A DNA stretch of 64,000 nucleotides from Gammaproteobacteria bacterium (GTDB lineage Bacteria; Pseudomonadota; Gammaproteobacteria; GCA-001735895), in NCBI GenBank assembly GCA_050298595.1, contig JBNKUM010000100.1, forward strand, positions 1-64,000. The letters run 5' to 3'. The position numbers were made by a program, and so were the translations under genes. Below are positions 48,535 through 60,000 of this stretch, piece by piece. Under the pieces are notes generated by a model. It searched no databases, was not told where the DNA came from, and saw only the letters and a program-made list of their open reading frames with translations. The first letter of the stretch is position 1. Each line of letters begins with the position of its first letter.

Positions 48535-50502
48535 TCAGGCCAGGGCGGGAAGGTTCAAACTCTTCTGCAGCATGGACCAGTTTTCAATGTTTTCGAAAAG
48601 CAGATGAAGCCGTGAGCCTCGCTTCCCCATGACTTTGGCTTTGGCCCATGTATGACCATCTTGACTGCTTAAATAAACAGGAGTATCGCGCATAGCCTGT
48701 TCACCTCGGAGTATCTCCGTGTCCTGTATGTTTATAAGTGCTCCTTCAGGGGATATATTCAGGGTTTCCGCCTCAGAGACTTCCTGATCTGCTATTTTAA
48801 GCTTAAGTGTGCGGTGTGCAATACGACGGCCATATTTTCTGCGCTGGCGTAAGCGACCAAATCCGATGGCAAGGTTAACCGATATACCAAGTAAAAAACC
48901 AATTATACAAAGCACATAGACCTTGGGGTCAATAGTTTGCCCCTGGATTGGCTCGAATATGATATTTAAAGTTTTGTCATGTGCATAAAGATAAACAAGG
49001 TAAATCAAGCCAGAGGTAGCTAAGCCCTGTGATATAGCCCCGGCAGTCCTAGTCAGGTAGAACTTTATTCTGCTATTGTCGGGTCGGCTGCTGGAGTCAA
49101 GTCTGAATGCAGTGTAAACTGCTGTTAGAAAAACAATGGACGACCAGGCTAGTACAGAACGAATGCTTGGAATGAGATTTATCTCCTCTCCTTTAATCTG
49201 ATTTATAGTAAATACAATTGTGAGTAGCACCAATGCACCAAGTATATAGGAAGACAGGGCTACTATGAAATAAATGGCCCAGGGACGGGCACGATACAGG
49301 CCCTGTTCTAGTACTGTGGGCCATGCATCGCCATGGGTGGAAAGGTATCGCTTTGCCATTAATACCAGTAACATTGGCATGACCATAAAAGGAGTGCCAT
49401 AGCCAATCCATGAAGCAACATCCCCAAATGATAAGTCCTGAGGTAGAGGGATACCTGTGACTTTGAGTATAAAAAAGGCAGCAATACTGCCTATCAAAAT
49501 TGAACCAAACACAGCATAGATAATCAAGACCAGGGTATTCCAGGGTATGGGAAATTCATTATGCTCACTAGCAAGGTAACCCACTTGATCAAGGTAAGTG
49601 TCCACCATGCTATCGGATTTACCCGATAAATAGAGCAGGCAACTGATCAGTCTATAACTACGGTTGAGCGTAATATCCAGGCCGGTCTCTAGTCTTAATT
49701 TCTCTTCTCCAGAAATGTCTCCAGCCTTATATTTTATCATCAATTTGAATAACTGCTGGTACTGCGTGTCGATAGAGCTGTAGTGCAGTTCAGGATTCTG
49801 GATGTAGCTTTTGAAGGGAAACTGGAGTGTCCAGATCTCCACAAAATAGAGCAGGTAGCTAAGTTTTGCCCAGCGCGCCTCAAGTGTCCAGGCGCCTAGT
49901 TCAAAATCTTCTGCAGTCAGGTCGCGGCGGCTCACCTGGCCAGCCTCACTCAGAAATCTTTGATCGATTAATAACTTTTCGATCATGGCTTGTTTATAGC
50001 AAGGTTTGCCGTTTTTAATGCGGCGGTATATTGCTCTACCTTTATAAGGGATCTGGGCCTTTTTATGCAGGTAGAGTTTTGATTTTTCAAGTAAGTCCTT
50101 GATCCAGGGTAAATTAGGAGCCATACCTGTAATGATCAAGGTAGCCAGGATTATTTTTTCCCTGACGTTAACTGGGGCAGCAGCGTTGTCTGCAGCAGCA
50201 GAGGCGCTGCCTGTTAAGTTAGCATCGACTGCGGCGGTGGCTGAGTTGAAATCAGGCAGGAATAGCACCAGAAGTATATACAGGCTTTCGGCAACCAATA
50301 TGAAGGCGGCCCGGAAAAAATTATATTCGAAGCGTTCGGTCAGATAGCTGGGGAGCGCGGGCTCAAGCATTTCATCGTTAGTATTGCCTGGGGTTGCGTG
50401 ATCCTCATCGACAAAACTATAGCCGGGTTGGTTAAAAAAATTAGAGGCAAAAACAAAAACAACAATACATCCGATCAAAAAGTAGATATATGTTAGATCC
50501 AT
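48535..50502 (-). CDS. Multi-pass membrane protein with a C-terminal PilZ domain
   Basis: About 9 hydrophobic segments; RRKYGRR (RxxxR) followed by NISPEG (D/NxSxxG). Confidence 0.8.
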   Translation of the reverse strand: MDLTYIYFLIGCIVVFVFASNFFNQPGYSFVDEDHATPGNTNDEMLEPALPSYLTERFEYNFFRAAFILVAESLYILLVLFLPDFNSATAAVDANLTGSASAAADNAAAPVNVREKIILATLIITGMAPNLPWIKDLLEKSKLYLHKKAQIPYKGRAIYRRIKNGKPCYKQAMIEKLLIDQRFLSEAGQVSRRDLTAEDFELGAWTLEARWAKLSYLLYFVEIWTLQFPFKSYIQNPELHYSSIDTQYQQLFKLMIKYKAGDISGEEKLRLETGLDITLNRSYRLISCLLYLSGKSDSMVDTYLDQVGYLASEHNEFPIPWNTLVLIIYAVFGSILIGSIAAFFILKVTGIPLPQDLSFGDVASWIGYGTPFMVMPMLLVLMAKRYLSTHGDAWPTVLEQGLYRARPWAIYFIVALSSYILGALVLLTIVFTINQIKGEEINLIPSIRSVLAWSSIVFLTAVYTAFRLDSSSRPDNSRIKFYLTRTAGAISQGLATSGLIYLVYLYAHDKTLNIIFEPIQGQTIDPKVYVLCIIGFLLGISVNLAIGFGRLRQRRKYGRRIAHRTLKLKIADQEVSEAETLNISPEGALINIQDTEILRGEQAMRDTPVYLSSQDGHTWAKAKVMGKRGSRLHLLFENIENWSMLQKSLNLPALA

Positions 50503-51015
50503 GACATTATCTCCTGTAGTTTATAGCGATATCTCAGTGTGGAAAAACTGCGCCACAGTCATTCTATAATAGGTAACCGTGTATCCGGGAGTAAAGCTAA
50601 TCCATTTTGAGTATCCAGGGTTTCTATTATTAGTAAGTACGCCCTTTTAAAAACGAAAGCACTACGATTTATATAAACAAAGCATGCGCTTAAGCTTAAT
50701 CAAGGATCAAATAGAAAAATTTAATAGCATTAACAAGGTCATAAAGCGATTAGTGGAAAAACCTGTGGGATTAGTCAATAGGTTCGAGTTATCTATTGGA
50801 GGCATAGTGCAGAGAAGGATATTGACTCTGGATTTTAGAAGGAAAATGCCAGGCTGGTTTTTATTCAGGCCTACAAATTGTAATGGCTATATAACGACCG
50901 GTGTAGGAAGCATTTCTTTTGCCCCTTTTTTTGCCATAAAATAAAATCAGATCAGGGTCGGAAATTAATTCAGGTCAAATATTGGTTCAAATTACGAGTC
51001 ATATTTTAAGATTAT

Positions 51016-51927
51016 TCAACAGCTCCTGTTTACTTCGAACAAAACTTTTAACCACCGTAGATCCTCAGGACCAAGGCTAGCTTTTTTGTGTAAGTCAGGG
51101 GTTTCGTAAACCTCTTTATATACATGGCAGATGGCAACTTCTGTTAATTTTCGCCACCTTTCGTCGTTAAGCTCTGGGATGCTGCCATTAGCTAAATTTG
51201 GATCTAGCAAGGGATCGTGTTCAGTTTCAGTAGTGTGTAGCGCTAATTCTAGTTCCTGTAATATTGGGTTTACTACTCGCAGGGTATTTGAATTCTCGAA
51301 TTCTTTAGTCACTGTAGCTTCTGCTTCCCTGATAGATCTATCGAGCTGATATTTACTGAGTTTTTCACCTGTCGGGCGTAATCCATACTTATTCAGCAAG
51401 CCCCCCAGGCCTGGAAGCAATGCTTTTGCGGCGATACCAGCACCGACCAGTGGGTTTGCTATAGCGGCTAATCCACCAACAAGAAGCATCCCATAGGTTA
51501 ATTTTTTGTCCAGAGCATCAATGTCGTTTGCCAGGGATTGAAGGCTGTTTAGGTTGTCTTTTCTTTTATCAAGCACAATCTCAATTGCGCTTTGTTGCAT
51601 ATACTCCTTGAGCATAGCCTCAGAATGCTCGTTGGCGAAATGAAACACTCTTCTTTTTGGAAGCTTATTAATTTCAGGGACTGATTCTGGCAGGCACCTC
51701 ATGGTATGCAATGCGAATTTGTGCTCTGAAAGATTATATGGAATTACGAAATAGTGTTTTTCATCATACTGTATGTGCTCATATTTGCTTGATGTCTCTA
51801 CAGAAACAAATATTGGCAGTCCATTAATTTTTTCTTTTACCAAAGAAAGTCCTGATGTGATTTCATCACTCGCTTTATCGGCGGTCAAGCGAACAGTTTC
51901 TATGCTTTTTTCTATTAGTTCTTTCAT
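51016..51927 (-). CDS. Hypothetical protein with a central Gly-rich hydrophobic segment
   Basis: 303-codon ORF with natural composition; no family recognised. Confidence 0.8.
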   Translation of the reverse strand: MKELIEKSIETVRLTADKASDEITSGLSLVKEKINGLPIFVSVETSSKYEHIQYDEKHYFVIPYNLSEHKFALHTMRCLPESVPEINKLPKRRVFHFANEHSEAMLKEYMQQSAIEIVLDKRKDNLNSLQSLANDIDALDKKLTYGMLLVGGLAAIANPLVGAGIAAKALLPGLGGLLNKYGLRPTGEKLSKYQLDRSIREAEATVTKEFENSNTLRVVNPILQELELALHTTETEHDPLLDPNLANGSIPELNDERWRKLTEVAICHVYKEVYETPDLHKKASLGPEDLRWLKVLFEVNRSC

Positions 51928-52117
51928 GAGATCATTTTAGCCACTTAATTTGAATAGAGCTTAAAGCAGATTATGTTGCATGCGCAAATATTGTGGCAGG
52001 TTGCAAAAATAATCGTCTTTATGGGGTTTTCTGCATTCTTAACACCAATATCTTGGAGTGTTTAATGCCTGCTTCCAGGAAGATGACTAAATATGAAAAT
52101 ATTCTCAAAAATAATTC

Positions 52118-52165
52118 TTGACATATTATGTCAATGATTGGTACCTTACGTGACATAATATGTCA
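52118..52165 (+). promoter_or_regulatory. Sigma70-type promoter overlapped by two palindromic operators
   Basis: TTGACATATTATGTCAA at 52118-52134 (contains -35 TTGACA) and TGACATAATATGTCA at 52151-52165; candidate -10 TACCTT at 52142-52147. Confidence 0.75.
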
Positions 52166-52179
52166 AGCAAGGAGTTATC

Positions 52180-52587
52180 ATGAGTGTATTACAAGATTTA
52201 TCCAAACATCTATCAGATTGCGAATATAAGGGTTATCGCTTTAATTGTTTACCGATGAATAGCGGGCAGGAGGTTTTAAGGGTTGAGGTAAGCGGGCTTG
52301 AAGAAATCCCGATTTTCATCACTGTGACCGACACTCAAATTTTATGTATTTCTTATCTATTCACCAAACAGGAAATACACTCAGAACTGGAGGCTGAATT
52401 AAATCAATATCTACTGGAGCTTAACGTACCCATGCCCTTGAGTTCTTTTGCTCTGGTGGATGATTATTACACCATTTTTGGAGCACTCGATCGTAAGTCT
52501 AATAATGAAAGCATTACCCAGGAATTGATTACACTGGCTGCTAATTCGATCGATACGCTACAGGCTTTAGAAGATTACATTAAGTAA
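52180..52587 (+). CDS. yjfI: YjfI/DUF2170 family protein
   Basis: QIL...YL, L.LN..MPLSSF and Y.IFGAL motifs; precedes a PspA homologue. Confidence 0.8.
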   Translation: MSVLQDLSKHLSDCEYKGYRFNCLPMNSGQEVLRVEVSGLEEIPIFITVTDTQILCISYLFTKQEIHSELEAELNQYLLELNVPMPLSSFALVDDYYTIFGALDRKSNNESITQELITLAANSIDTLQALEDYIK

Positions 52588-52628
52588 GCAGTTTGTTATT
52601 TGGAATTTAAATTAAGAGGAAGATAAAA

Positions 52629-53315
52629 ATGAACGTGATGAAAAAATTATTAACATCTTTACGCGGCGGAGCCAGAGAACTGGGTGAAGCTATTGTCGAT
52701 ACGCAGGCCATGAGAATTTTTGAACAGGAAATCGAAGATTCAAAAGCCAGTCTGACCGAAGCAAAAGTAGGCTTAACCGAAATCGTCGCAAAAAAAATGG
52801 CTACCGAAAGAAAGCTATCAGACATTAAATTGAAAATAGCAGAAAACGAAGGCTATGCGGTGAAAGCGCTGGAGAAATCAGATGAAGCCCTTGCGCTGGA
52901 AGTCGCAGGAAAAATTGCAAAACTGGAAGCCTCCGCCGAAGAAGTGAGTAATGAGCTAGTCAGTTATGATCAGAATGTGACGCTATTGAAGTCTCAGATT
53001 CAGGAAGCCGAAAAAATAATCGCCGAACATGAAAGAGAGCTGGCGATGGCCAAGGCGAGAGAGTCGGTTCAACAGGCAACTAAATCGGTCACGCAAACAG
53101 TCACAGCCAATGATACCTCTATTAGTTCAGCTCGAGAATCGTTAGAAAGAATCAAGCAGAAGCAACAATCTGAACAGGATAGACTCAACGCTGGTATTCA
53201 ATTGCGCAAAGAGCTAGCTGGTGATGTTCTGGATGATAAGTTGAAAGCCGCTGGGATAAAAAAGGAGAAGCATTCTGCCGAAGATGTTCTGGCAAGGTTA
53301 AGAGCAAAAAATTAA
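52629..53315 (+). CDS. PspA/IM30 (ESCRT-III-like) family protein, YjfJ-like
   Basis: Coiled coil; KL.T.LRG...E.GEAI.D, EQEI, AL....E.LA.EVA and C-terminal VLARL. Confidence 0.92.
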   Translation: MNVMKKLLTSLRGGARELGEAIVDTQAMRIFEQEIEDSKASLTEAKVGLTEIVAKKMATERKLSDIKLKIAENEGYAVKALEKSDEALALEVAGKIAKLEASAEEVSNELVSYDQNVTLLKSQIQEAEKIIAEHERELAMAKARESVQQATKSVTQTVTANDTSISSARESLERIKQKQQSEQDRLNAGIQLRKELAGDVLDDKLKAAGIKKEKHSAEDVLARLRAKN

Positions 53316-53339
53316 ACCAGAGCGCAACGGGAACAGTTG

Positions 53340-53666
53340 ATGAAAAAGAGTAAACCTGAAAGGTGGGAAAAAGAAAAGAAAGCGATTAAGGCTACGCAGG
53401 TCGCTTTCGATATTTCCACCGAGGCGCAGAAAAAGCTAAAGTTAATGGCCAGTCAAAATGATTTGTCACCTTCGGATCAAATGCGCGAGATTTTAGGCCT
53501 GCCTCGTAAAAAGCCCGTTCGACCCAGGTTGACCATTTCTCTGACCGTTAAAGACTATGAGTTTTTAGCTGGCATTTATAAGCTCGACCCAGAAGATAAA
53601 CTGGCTATTAAAGAGAGAGCAGCCAGAGAGATCATTGCAAAAGTAATGGAACAGGAAAAGCAATAG
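53340..53666 (+). CDS. Small basic protein with a ribbon-helix-helix-like pattern
   Basis: TQVAFDI strand followed by two helices (LKLMA...LSPSDQMREIL); second similar RLTISL strand. Confidence 0.7.
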   Translation: MKKSKPERWEKEKKAIKATQVAFDISTEAQKKLKLMASQNDLSPSDQMREILGLPRKKPVRPRLTISLTVKDYEFLAGIYKLDPEDKLAIKERAAREIIAKVMEQEKQ

Positions 53667-53670
53667 TCTG

Positions 53671-54243
53671 ATGCGAAAGGCAATGGGTGACTATAAGTTA
53701 TTACTTATTTATATAGTCATATTATGGAGTGTAGAAATAGTGAACCTGCTTTTAAATCATAATTTAAATCAGTTCGCACTACGCCCCAGAGAAGTGAGTA
53801 ATTTATACGGTGTTATATCGATGCACTTTCTGCACAATGGTGTGGGGCATTTGTTATCAAATACCATACCGTTGTTGATACTGGGTTTTTTCGTCAGTGC
53901 ACTCAATAAATTGCGTAGTGTTACTTTTTTAATCATGCTTTTGACTGGCTTACTGGTCTGGCTTTTTGCAAGAGATGGACTACACGCTGGGGCTTCAGGG
54001 TTAGTCATGGGGTACTGGGGATATCTGATCAGTAATGCATATTTTAACCGCAGTTTCAAGAATATAACGATTGCAGTTATCACTCTGTTAATCTATAGCG
54101 GTGCGGTCTTCACATTGTTTGACTTCCGCGCAGGAATAAGTTTTGAAGGACATATATTCGGATTCATGTCAGGTGTTTTCTGTGCCTGGCTATGGGCACA
54201 AAAGAAGCAGAAAGTAATACGTAAAACAGTTCGAGGAAATTAG
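53671..54243 (+). CDS. Rhomboid family intramembrane serine protease
   Basis: FLH....HL.SN, GASG and GHIFG motifs. Confidence 0.9.
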   Translation: MRKAMGDYKLLLIYIVILWSVEIVNLLLNHNLNQFALRPREVSNLYGVISMHFLHNGVGHLLSNTIPLLILGFFVSALNKLRSVTFLIMLLTGLLVWLFARDGLHAGASGLVMGYWGYLISNAYFNRSFKNITIAVITLLIYSGAVFTLFDFRAGISFEGHIFGFMSGVFCAWLWAQKKQKVIRKTVRGN

Positions 54244-54245
54244 TA

Positions 54246-54914
54246 ATGGATGATTTTTTAGTCAATATAAGCAGTTTTCCAACGGTGATCTATACCACAT
54301 TACTGGTGGTTGTGGTCGGATACTGGCTGCTCGCGTTTACCGGGACTTTTGATCTGGACGCGTTTGATGTGGGCGTAGATATAGATATGGATATGGACCT
54401 GGATGGTGACGTTGGTGATTTAGGTGGAATCGCAGGGCTATTGACCACTTTAGGCTTAACGGGTGTACCGATCACTATCGTGATTAGCCTGCTATTACTC
54501 AATGCATGGATTGTGTGCTATTTCCTGAGCCTGTTAATCCCGGCTTTCCCGCAGTTTATTTCATTGATACAGCTTGCAATAAATATTGGCGTAGCCATTG
54601 GTAGTTTTATGGTATCGATTCCGCTCACGGCGACAATGATAAAGCCTATGAAAGGATTATTTAGAAAAGTAAACCAGGCTCCTATATCAAAGTCCCTGTT
54701 AGGAGCGACCTGCCGCATTAGAAGTAGCCGTGCGGATGCTGAATTTGGTGAAGCCGAATGTATGCTTGAGGGTGCGAGTTTGATCGTAAAGGTCAGGGCA
54801 GTGGGTGATCAAACTTTTGCCACCGGGGACAGGGTGGTAGTGATTGAGCACAATAAAGAGAAACAGGTTTTTAACGTGGTCAGCGAACAAGAGTTCAAAG
54901 ATCAATTAGATTAG
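54246..54914 (+). CDS. yqiJ: YqiJ/NfeD-like membrane protein with C-terminal OB fold
   Basis: TM segments, acidic D-rich loop, GVP.TI and an OB-like C-terminus; precedes flotillin. Confidence 0.8.
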   Translation: MDDFLVNISSFPTVIYTTLLVVVVGYWLLAFTGTFDLDAFDVGVDIDMDMDLDGDVGDLGGIAGLLTTLGLTGVPITIVISLLLLNAWIVCYFLSLLIPAFPQFISLIQLAINIGVAIGSFMVSIPLTATMIKPMKGLFRKVNQAPISKSLLGATCRIRSSRADAEFGEAECMLEGASLIVKVRAVGDQTFATGDRVVVIEHNKEKQVFNVVSEQEFKDQLD

Positions 54915-54977
54915 CAAAGCATTAAGGTTGAACAGACTTATATTTAACAAGAAAACATATATTTAGGAGCTTTACCG

Positions 54978-56972
54978 ATGGAATTACTATTACCAATACT
55001 AACTTACGGCGGCATTTTATTAATCGCAATTGTCGCATTAGCGATGATATTCAGTGCCTTTTATAAAAAAGTACCTCAGGGATATGCACTTATCGTTAAC
55101 GACATGTCATCACAACCCAAGGTACACTTTACAGGAGGACTGGTCTGGCCTGTCATTCACAAGATGGAGGTCATGAAGATCTCGCTCATTACTCTGGAAA
55201 TAGACCGCAGAGGGAAGGATGGGTTGATTTGTCAGGATAATCTTCGTGCAGATATCATCGTGGCATTTTATCTGAGAGTGAACGAAACCAGAGACGATGT
55301 TCTTCGAGTCGCCAAGTCAATTGGTGTAGATCGGGCATCAGATAAAGATGCGGTAGACGAATTATTTGGTGCCAAGTTTTCCGAGGCATTAAAGACCGTG
55401 GGTAAAAACATGGTATTTCTTGACCTGTTTGAAAACAGAATAAAGTTCAGAGAAAAGATTATTCAGGTTATTGGTGATGACCTGAATGGTTATGTATTAG
55501 AAGATGTTGCGATTGATTATCTGGAGCAAACACCAAAGTCTCAGCTTGACCCCAGTAATATTCTTGATTCAGAGGGTATTCGAAGAATCACTGAAATCAC
55601 CGCTATTCAAAATATACAGACCAATCGTCTGGAAAAGGATGAAGCCCTTGCCATTACCAAAAAGAATGTCGAAACTCGCGAAGCCATGCTGGCTTTAGAG
55701 CGTCAGCAAATTGATGCAGAGTCAAAACAGAAACGTGAGATAGAGACAGTACAGGCGCGTGAAGCAGCAGAAACTAAAAAGGTTCAGGAAGAAGAGCGTC
55801 TTAAAGCAGAGCAATCCACTATCGAAACCAATGAACAACTCGAAATACGTAACCAGGTCAAAATACGCCAGGTCGAAATAGCCGAACAAAACCGTGAGCG
55901 TGCCGTAGTAATCGAAAAAGAAAAGGTCATCCGTGCGCAGAAAATGGAAGAGGTCAATCGACAGCGCGAAGTTGAATTAGCGATTATAGAAAAAGACAAG
56001 GCGCTGGAAGAAGAAAAGAAAATCATCGCACAGACTATTAGTGAAAGAATTGCTGTTGAAAAGAAAGTCACGGAAGAAGAAGAGCGTATCAAAGAAGTGA
56101 AAGAAGTTTCTGAAGCTGATCGTAAGAAACAGGTAGTTGTTCTGGCAGCCGAGGCTTCGGCTCAGGAAGAACTGGTACACACCGTCATGCGAGCAGAGGC
56201 AGATGAAAAGAAAGCAACACATAAAGCCCGCGAAATCAATGTTATGGCACAGGCTGAATTAGAAGCGGCCTCCAAAAAAGCAGAAGCTGAGAAGAAATTA
56301 GCCGAAGGTACACAGGCAATAGCCGCCGCCACCGGGCTGGCCGAGGCGCGCGTTATGGAAGCCAAAGCAGATGCCAAAGAGAAGGAAGGCATCGCCGAAG
56401 CGCACGTTCAGGAAGCGAAAGCCATTTCATCCGAAAAAGCCGGTTTGGCTGAAGCCAGAGTGCTGGAAGAAAAATTATTCGCAGAAGCGCGCGGTAATGA
56501 GGAAATGGGTAAGGCTGAAGCCGTAGCCAACAAGGAAATCGGTATGAGTAATGCTGAAGTTTTACGTGAGAAAGGTAAGGCTGAGGCCGATGCTCTGGTA
56601 GAGAAGTTTGCAGCCATGAACAACATGAACACAGAGTCCCGTGAGTTCGAAGAATTCCGCCTCAATCTGGAAGTTCATCTACAGGAAGTCATGGCGTCCA
56701 TTGCAGCCAATAAAGATATCGCGAGTGATCAGGCCAGCGTTCTGGCTGCAGCGCTTGAAAAAGCGAATATCGATATCGTCGGTGGACAGGGCGACTACTT
56801 CGATAAACTTGCCAAAGGTATGGGCGCTGGTAATGCAGTGAACGGTTTCATTGAGAAAAGCCCGATAGTACAGGCCTTGATGGAAAAGCTACTGGGTGGT
56901 GCAAGCACTATACCCAGGACCATTCCTGGGTCAGATAAAGGTGACACCAAGGTCGATAAGAAGACTTCTTAA
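54978..56972 (+). CDS. yqiK: Flotillin/SPFH (band 7) family protein, YqiK-like
   Basis: N-terminal TM, SPFH domain (GLIC.DN.RADI, KFSEALKTVGK) and long EA-rich coiled coil. Confidence 0.9.
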   Translation: MELLLPILTYGGILLIAIVALAMIFSAFYKKVPQGYALIVNDMSSQPKVHFTGGLVWPVIHKMEVMKISLITLEIDRRGKDGLICQDNLRADIIVAFYLRVNETRDDVLRVAKSIGVDRASDKDAVDELFGAKFSEALKTVGKNMVFLDLFENRIKFREKIIQVIGDDLNGYVLEDVAIDYLEQTPKSQLDPSNILDSEGIRRITEITAIQNIQTNRLEKDEALAITKKNVETREAMLALERQQIDAESKQKREIETVQAREAAETKKVQEEERLKAEQSTIETNEQLEIRNQVKIRQVEIAEQNRERAVVIEKEKVIRAQKMEEVNRQREVELAIIEKDKALEEEKKIIAQTISERIAVEKKVTEEEERIKEVKEVSEADRKKQVVVLAAEASAQEELVHTVMRAEADEKKATHKAREINVMAQAELEAASKKAEAEKKLAEGTQAIAAATGLAEARVMEAKADAKEKEGIAEAHVQEAKAISSEKAGLAEARVLEEKLFAEARGNEEMGKAEAVANKEIGMSNAEVLREKGKAEADALVEKFAAMNNMNTESREFEEFRLNLEVHLQEVMASIAANKDIASDQASVLAAALEKANIDIVGGQGDYFDKLAKGMGAGNAVNGFIEKSPIVQALMEKLLGGASTIPRTIPGSDKGDTKVDKKTS

Positions 56973-56990
56973 TCTGACTTAATGCCAATC

Positions 56991-57026
56991 TATCTGAGCA
57001 CTCCAGCTATGCAGAGTGCCCAGATA
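56991..57026 (+). terminator. Intercistronic stem-loop
   Basis: TATCTGAGCACTC...GAGTGCCCAGATA with one mismatch and no clear U tract. Confidence 0.45.
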
Positions 57027-57062
57027 CTATCTAAAGACTGTAACTAATGGCAGGGAATACTC

Positions 57063-60000
57063 GTGACAGATCAAACTGAACACACAACGATATCCGAACA
57101 GGCTGTTGCCGAGGGTGGCGCTTACGAAGTGATACGCCAGCGTTTAAGCGAACAGCAGCATTCACTGGATAGCCTGGTCAGCGACATTAATAACGCACGA
57201 CAACAGGAGTTTGGCAGCACCGAGATGAAAGTGCTAGGGCGCATGCGGCTGAGAACCGAAAATAACTGTCAGGCAAAGGATCTGGTAGTAGTCGGCGAGT
57301 ATGTGCTGTTTGGCTATAACGTGCATATCGGGCTGAGAAAAGAAACGCGTATCGAAGATGTGCTTGCGCTGTTCACCCTGGATGAAAAAGAGGGCGAATA
57401 CGATCTAAGATCGGTACCAGTTAAAGATTCATTTCTGGCCGATAGTCGATTTAAAACCGACTTCGAAGAACTATATGCCTATTATAAAGATACCGCGCTA
57501 TCCCAGTTAGTGCTGAAAAATAACAGGCTACTCGCATCCTTCCAGATCGGTGAAAAGCTCACCGACGTGCGTGTCTTTCGCTGGCAGGTATCAACCGATG
57601 GTCAACAGATAGATTATATCGATAACCGTGGCGAACGTGATATCCAGTTACCGGCCAGTCACGATTTTGAATGGGTGGAGTGCCAGCGCGATGATGTTGT
57701 TGACGGACGTAATCCACATATCAATATTCTGGATACCCTGTTTGTCGACGCCTCACGCGGCGATATTACGATTAAGGTAGAAAACAATACCAATGTTGGA
57801 CTGGGTATTTATTCTGAACCCGTAGAAGAAGAAAACCAGTCGCTGGACGATGCTGAATTCTACTACGCCGATCTTAATCAGATTATTTTATTAAAGATAA
57901 AACCCTATCGAGAAGAGAGCTACCGCTACCTGGTATTTAATCGAAATAACCAGAATGTGCAACGCATAGACGCCATCGGCAATGCCTGTTTACAGCTGCC
58001 CGAAGATCACGGCATCATTTTTCCGGGCGGCTATTATCTAATCAGCGGGGAAATGAAAACATTCGATGACAATCTCGAAAATCTGGTGTTCAAACGGTCA
58101 ATGCGTTCACCTAACGGCGAAGATGTTCTGTATGTGTTCTACCAGCCCGAATCAAATGCCATTGTACTGTATGGATACAATCTGATTGAAAAGACATTGC
58201 AAAACCCATTAAAGGGCCATGGTTATGGATTTTACGAAGATGGACGCATGATCATCTTTTATGCAGACGATGAACCTAACCGGGTGCATCCATTGCAAAT
58301 CTGGCAAACGCCTTATTACAGCGAAAGCCACGCCAGCGCACAACCGGTCTCACAGAGCTTTTATGGAAAAATAGGTAATGCCGAACTGGTTCGAGGTATC
58401 TCCGAGTTATATAGCATCAGCAAGAGCATGTTATTAGAGGATGTATCAGCGGATCACTACCACAGACTCAGTCAATCTTGTAATCAGATATTCGATACCT
58501 ATTACTGGTTGGATTCACCCGAGCTGGCATCCATCGCCAGGTTGCTGCGGCAGATTGAAAGCACCGCCGAACTGGTGATAGACGAATATGAAAAAGTAGA
58601 AAGTATCCGTGCTCAATCGACTAAGGCATTGACTGAAGCAGAGGCAACTCAACTCGAGATTATTCGACATATCAAACCCGACAGTTGGCACACTCCACAG
58701 GAATTTGTCGATGGATTATTCAGCATAAGACAACATCGTGGTCACCTGATGACGATAAAGTCCTATCGCTATATCGATGCCGACCGGATACAGCAGTTAG
58801 ATGCCGACATCGCAGCGATTGAGCAGGAATTAAATCAGCAAACGGTAGCATTCCTGGCTTCTGAAGGTGCATTAAAAAGCTATTACAAAGTGCTGGAGAC
58901 TGTTGCAGCTGAACGTGTTAAATGCAGAACGAATGCTGAACTAAAACCCCACGTGGAAACTCTGCAGAAACTGGCGCAATCACTGGACCTGATTTCTGAA
59001 ATGATGGCGACACTAAAGGTAGACGATGCGACCATTCATACTAGAATTGTCGATGCAGTTTCCGAACTGTATAGCCGCCTCAATCAGCAAAAAGCCGAAC
59101 TGGAACATCAACGTAAAACCATGGGCAGCGCAGAAGCCACGGCTCAGTTCTCGGCGCGAATCAAACTATTAAGCCAGAGCATACACAATGCACTGGGCAT
59201 GTCGACGACACCGACCAAAAGTGATGAACAGTTTTCCAGGCTTCTGGTGCAGCTGGAAGAACTGGAAGGTGAATTCGGAGATTATGATGATTTTATCGCT
59301 GACATTATAAAAAAACGCGAAGAAATATTTGAGACCTTTGAAGAACATAAACAGGGACTCATTGATGCACAGCAACGCAAGGCACAGTCTCTGGCCGATG
59401 CTGGAGAGCGCATATTGCAAAGTGTGCAGCGGCGGGTAAAGCGTTTCTCCACTCAGGATGAATTAAACACCTTCTTTAGTGCCGATAGTCTGGTCAGAAA
59501 AATTAGCGATATTATCGAAAAATTAAAGACCCTGGACGATAGCGTAAAAGCGGAAGATCTGGATGCAAAATTAAAAGCAATCAGAGAGCAATCGATTCGC
59601 GCATTGCGTGATAAAAGCGATCTGTATGAAGAGGGCGGTCAGGTCATAAAACTAGGCCCAAGACACAAGTTTTCCGTTAATACTCAGGAGCTGGACTTAA
59701 CCATTCTACCGAAGGACGATGAGTTATTTATCCGCCTGACTGGCACCGACTATTTTGAAGCTCTGGACAATACTGAACTAAACGACATGCGCAGCTATTG
59801 GGCTATGCAGACACCTTCTGAAAGCGCTCAGCTTTATCGCGCCGAATATCTGGCCTATAGCATTTTGAAAGCAGCTGAAAATAATCAGAAGGATCTTAAC
59901 TGGCAAACATTAAGCAGTGCGACTGTAGACCTGACTCAAATGGTGAAACTGGTAGTCTCCTATGCCGCAGCGCGTTATAAAGAGGGCTACGAAAAAGGCA

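Noticed and set aside
50684-50944. 86-aa ORF in the intergenic region
   Set aside because: No RBS or motif; composition looks non-coding
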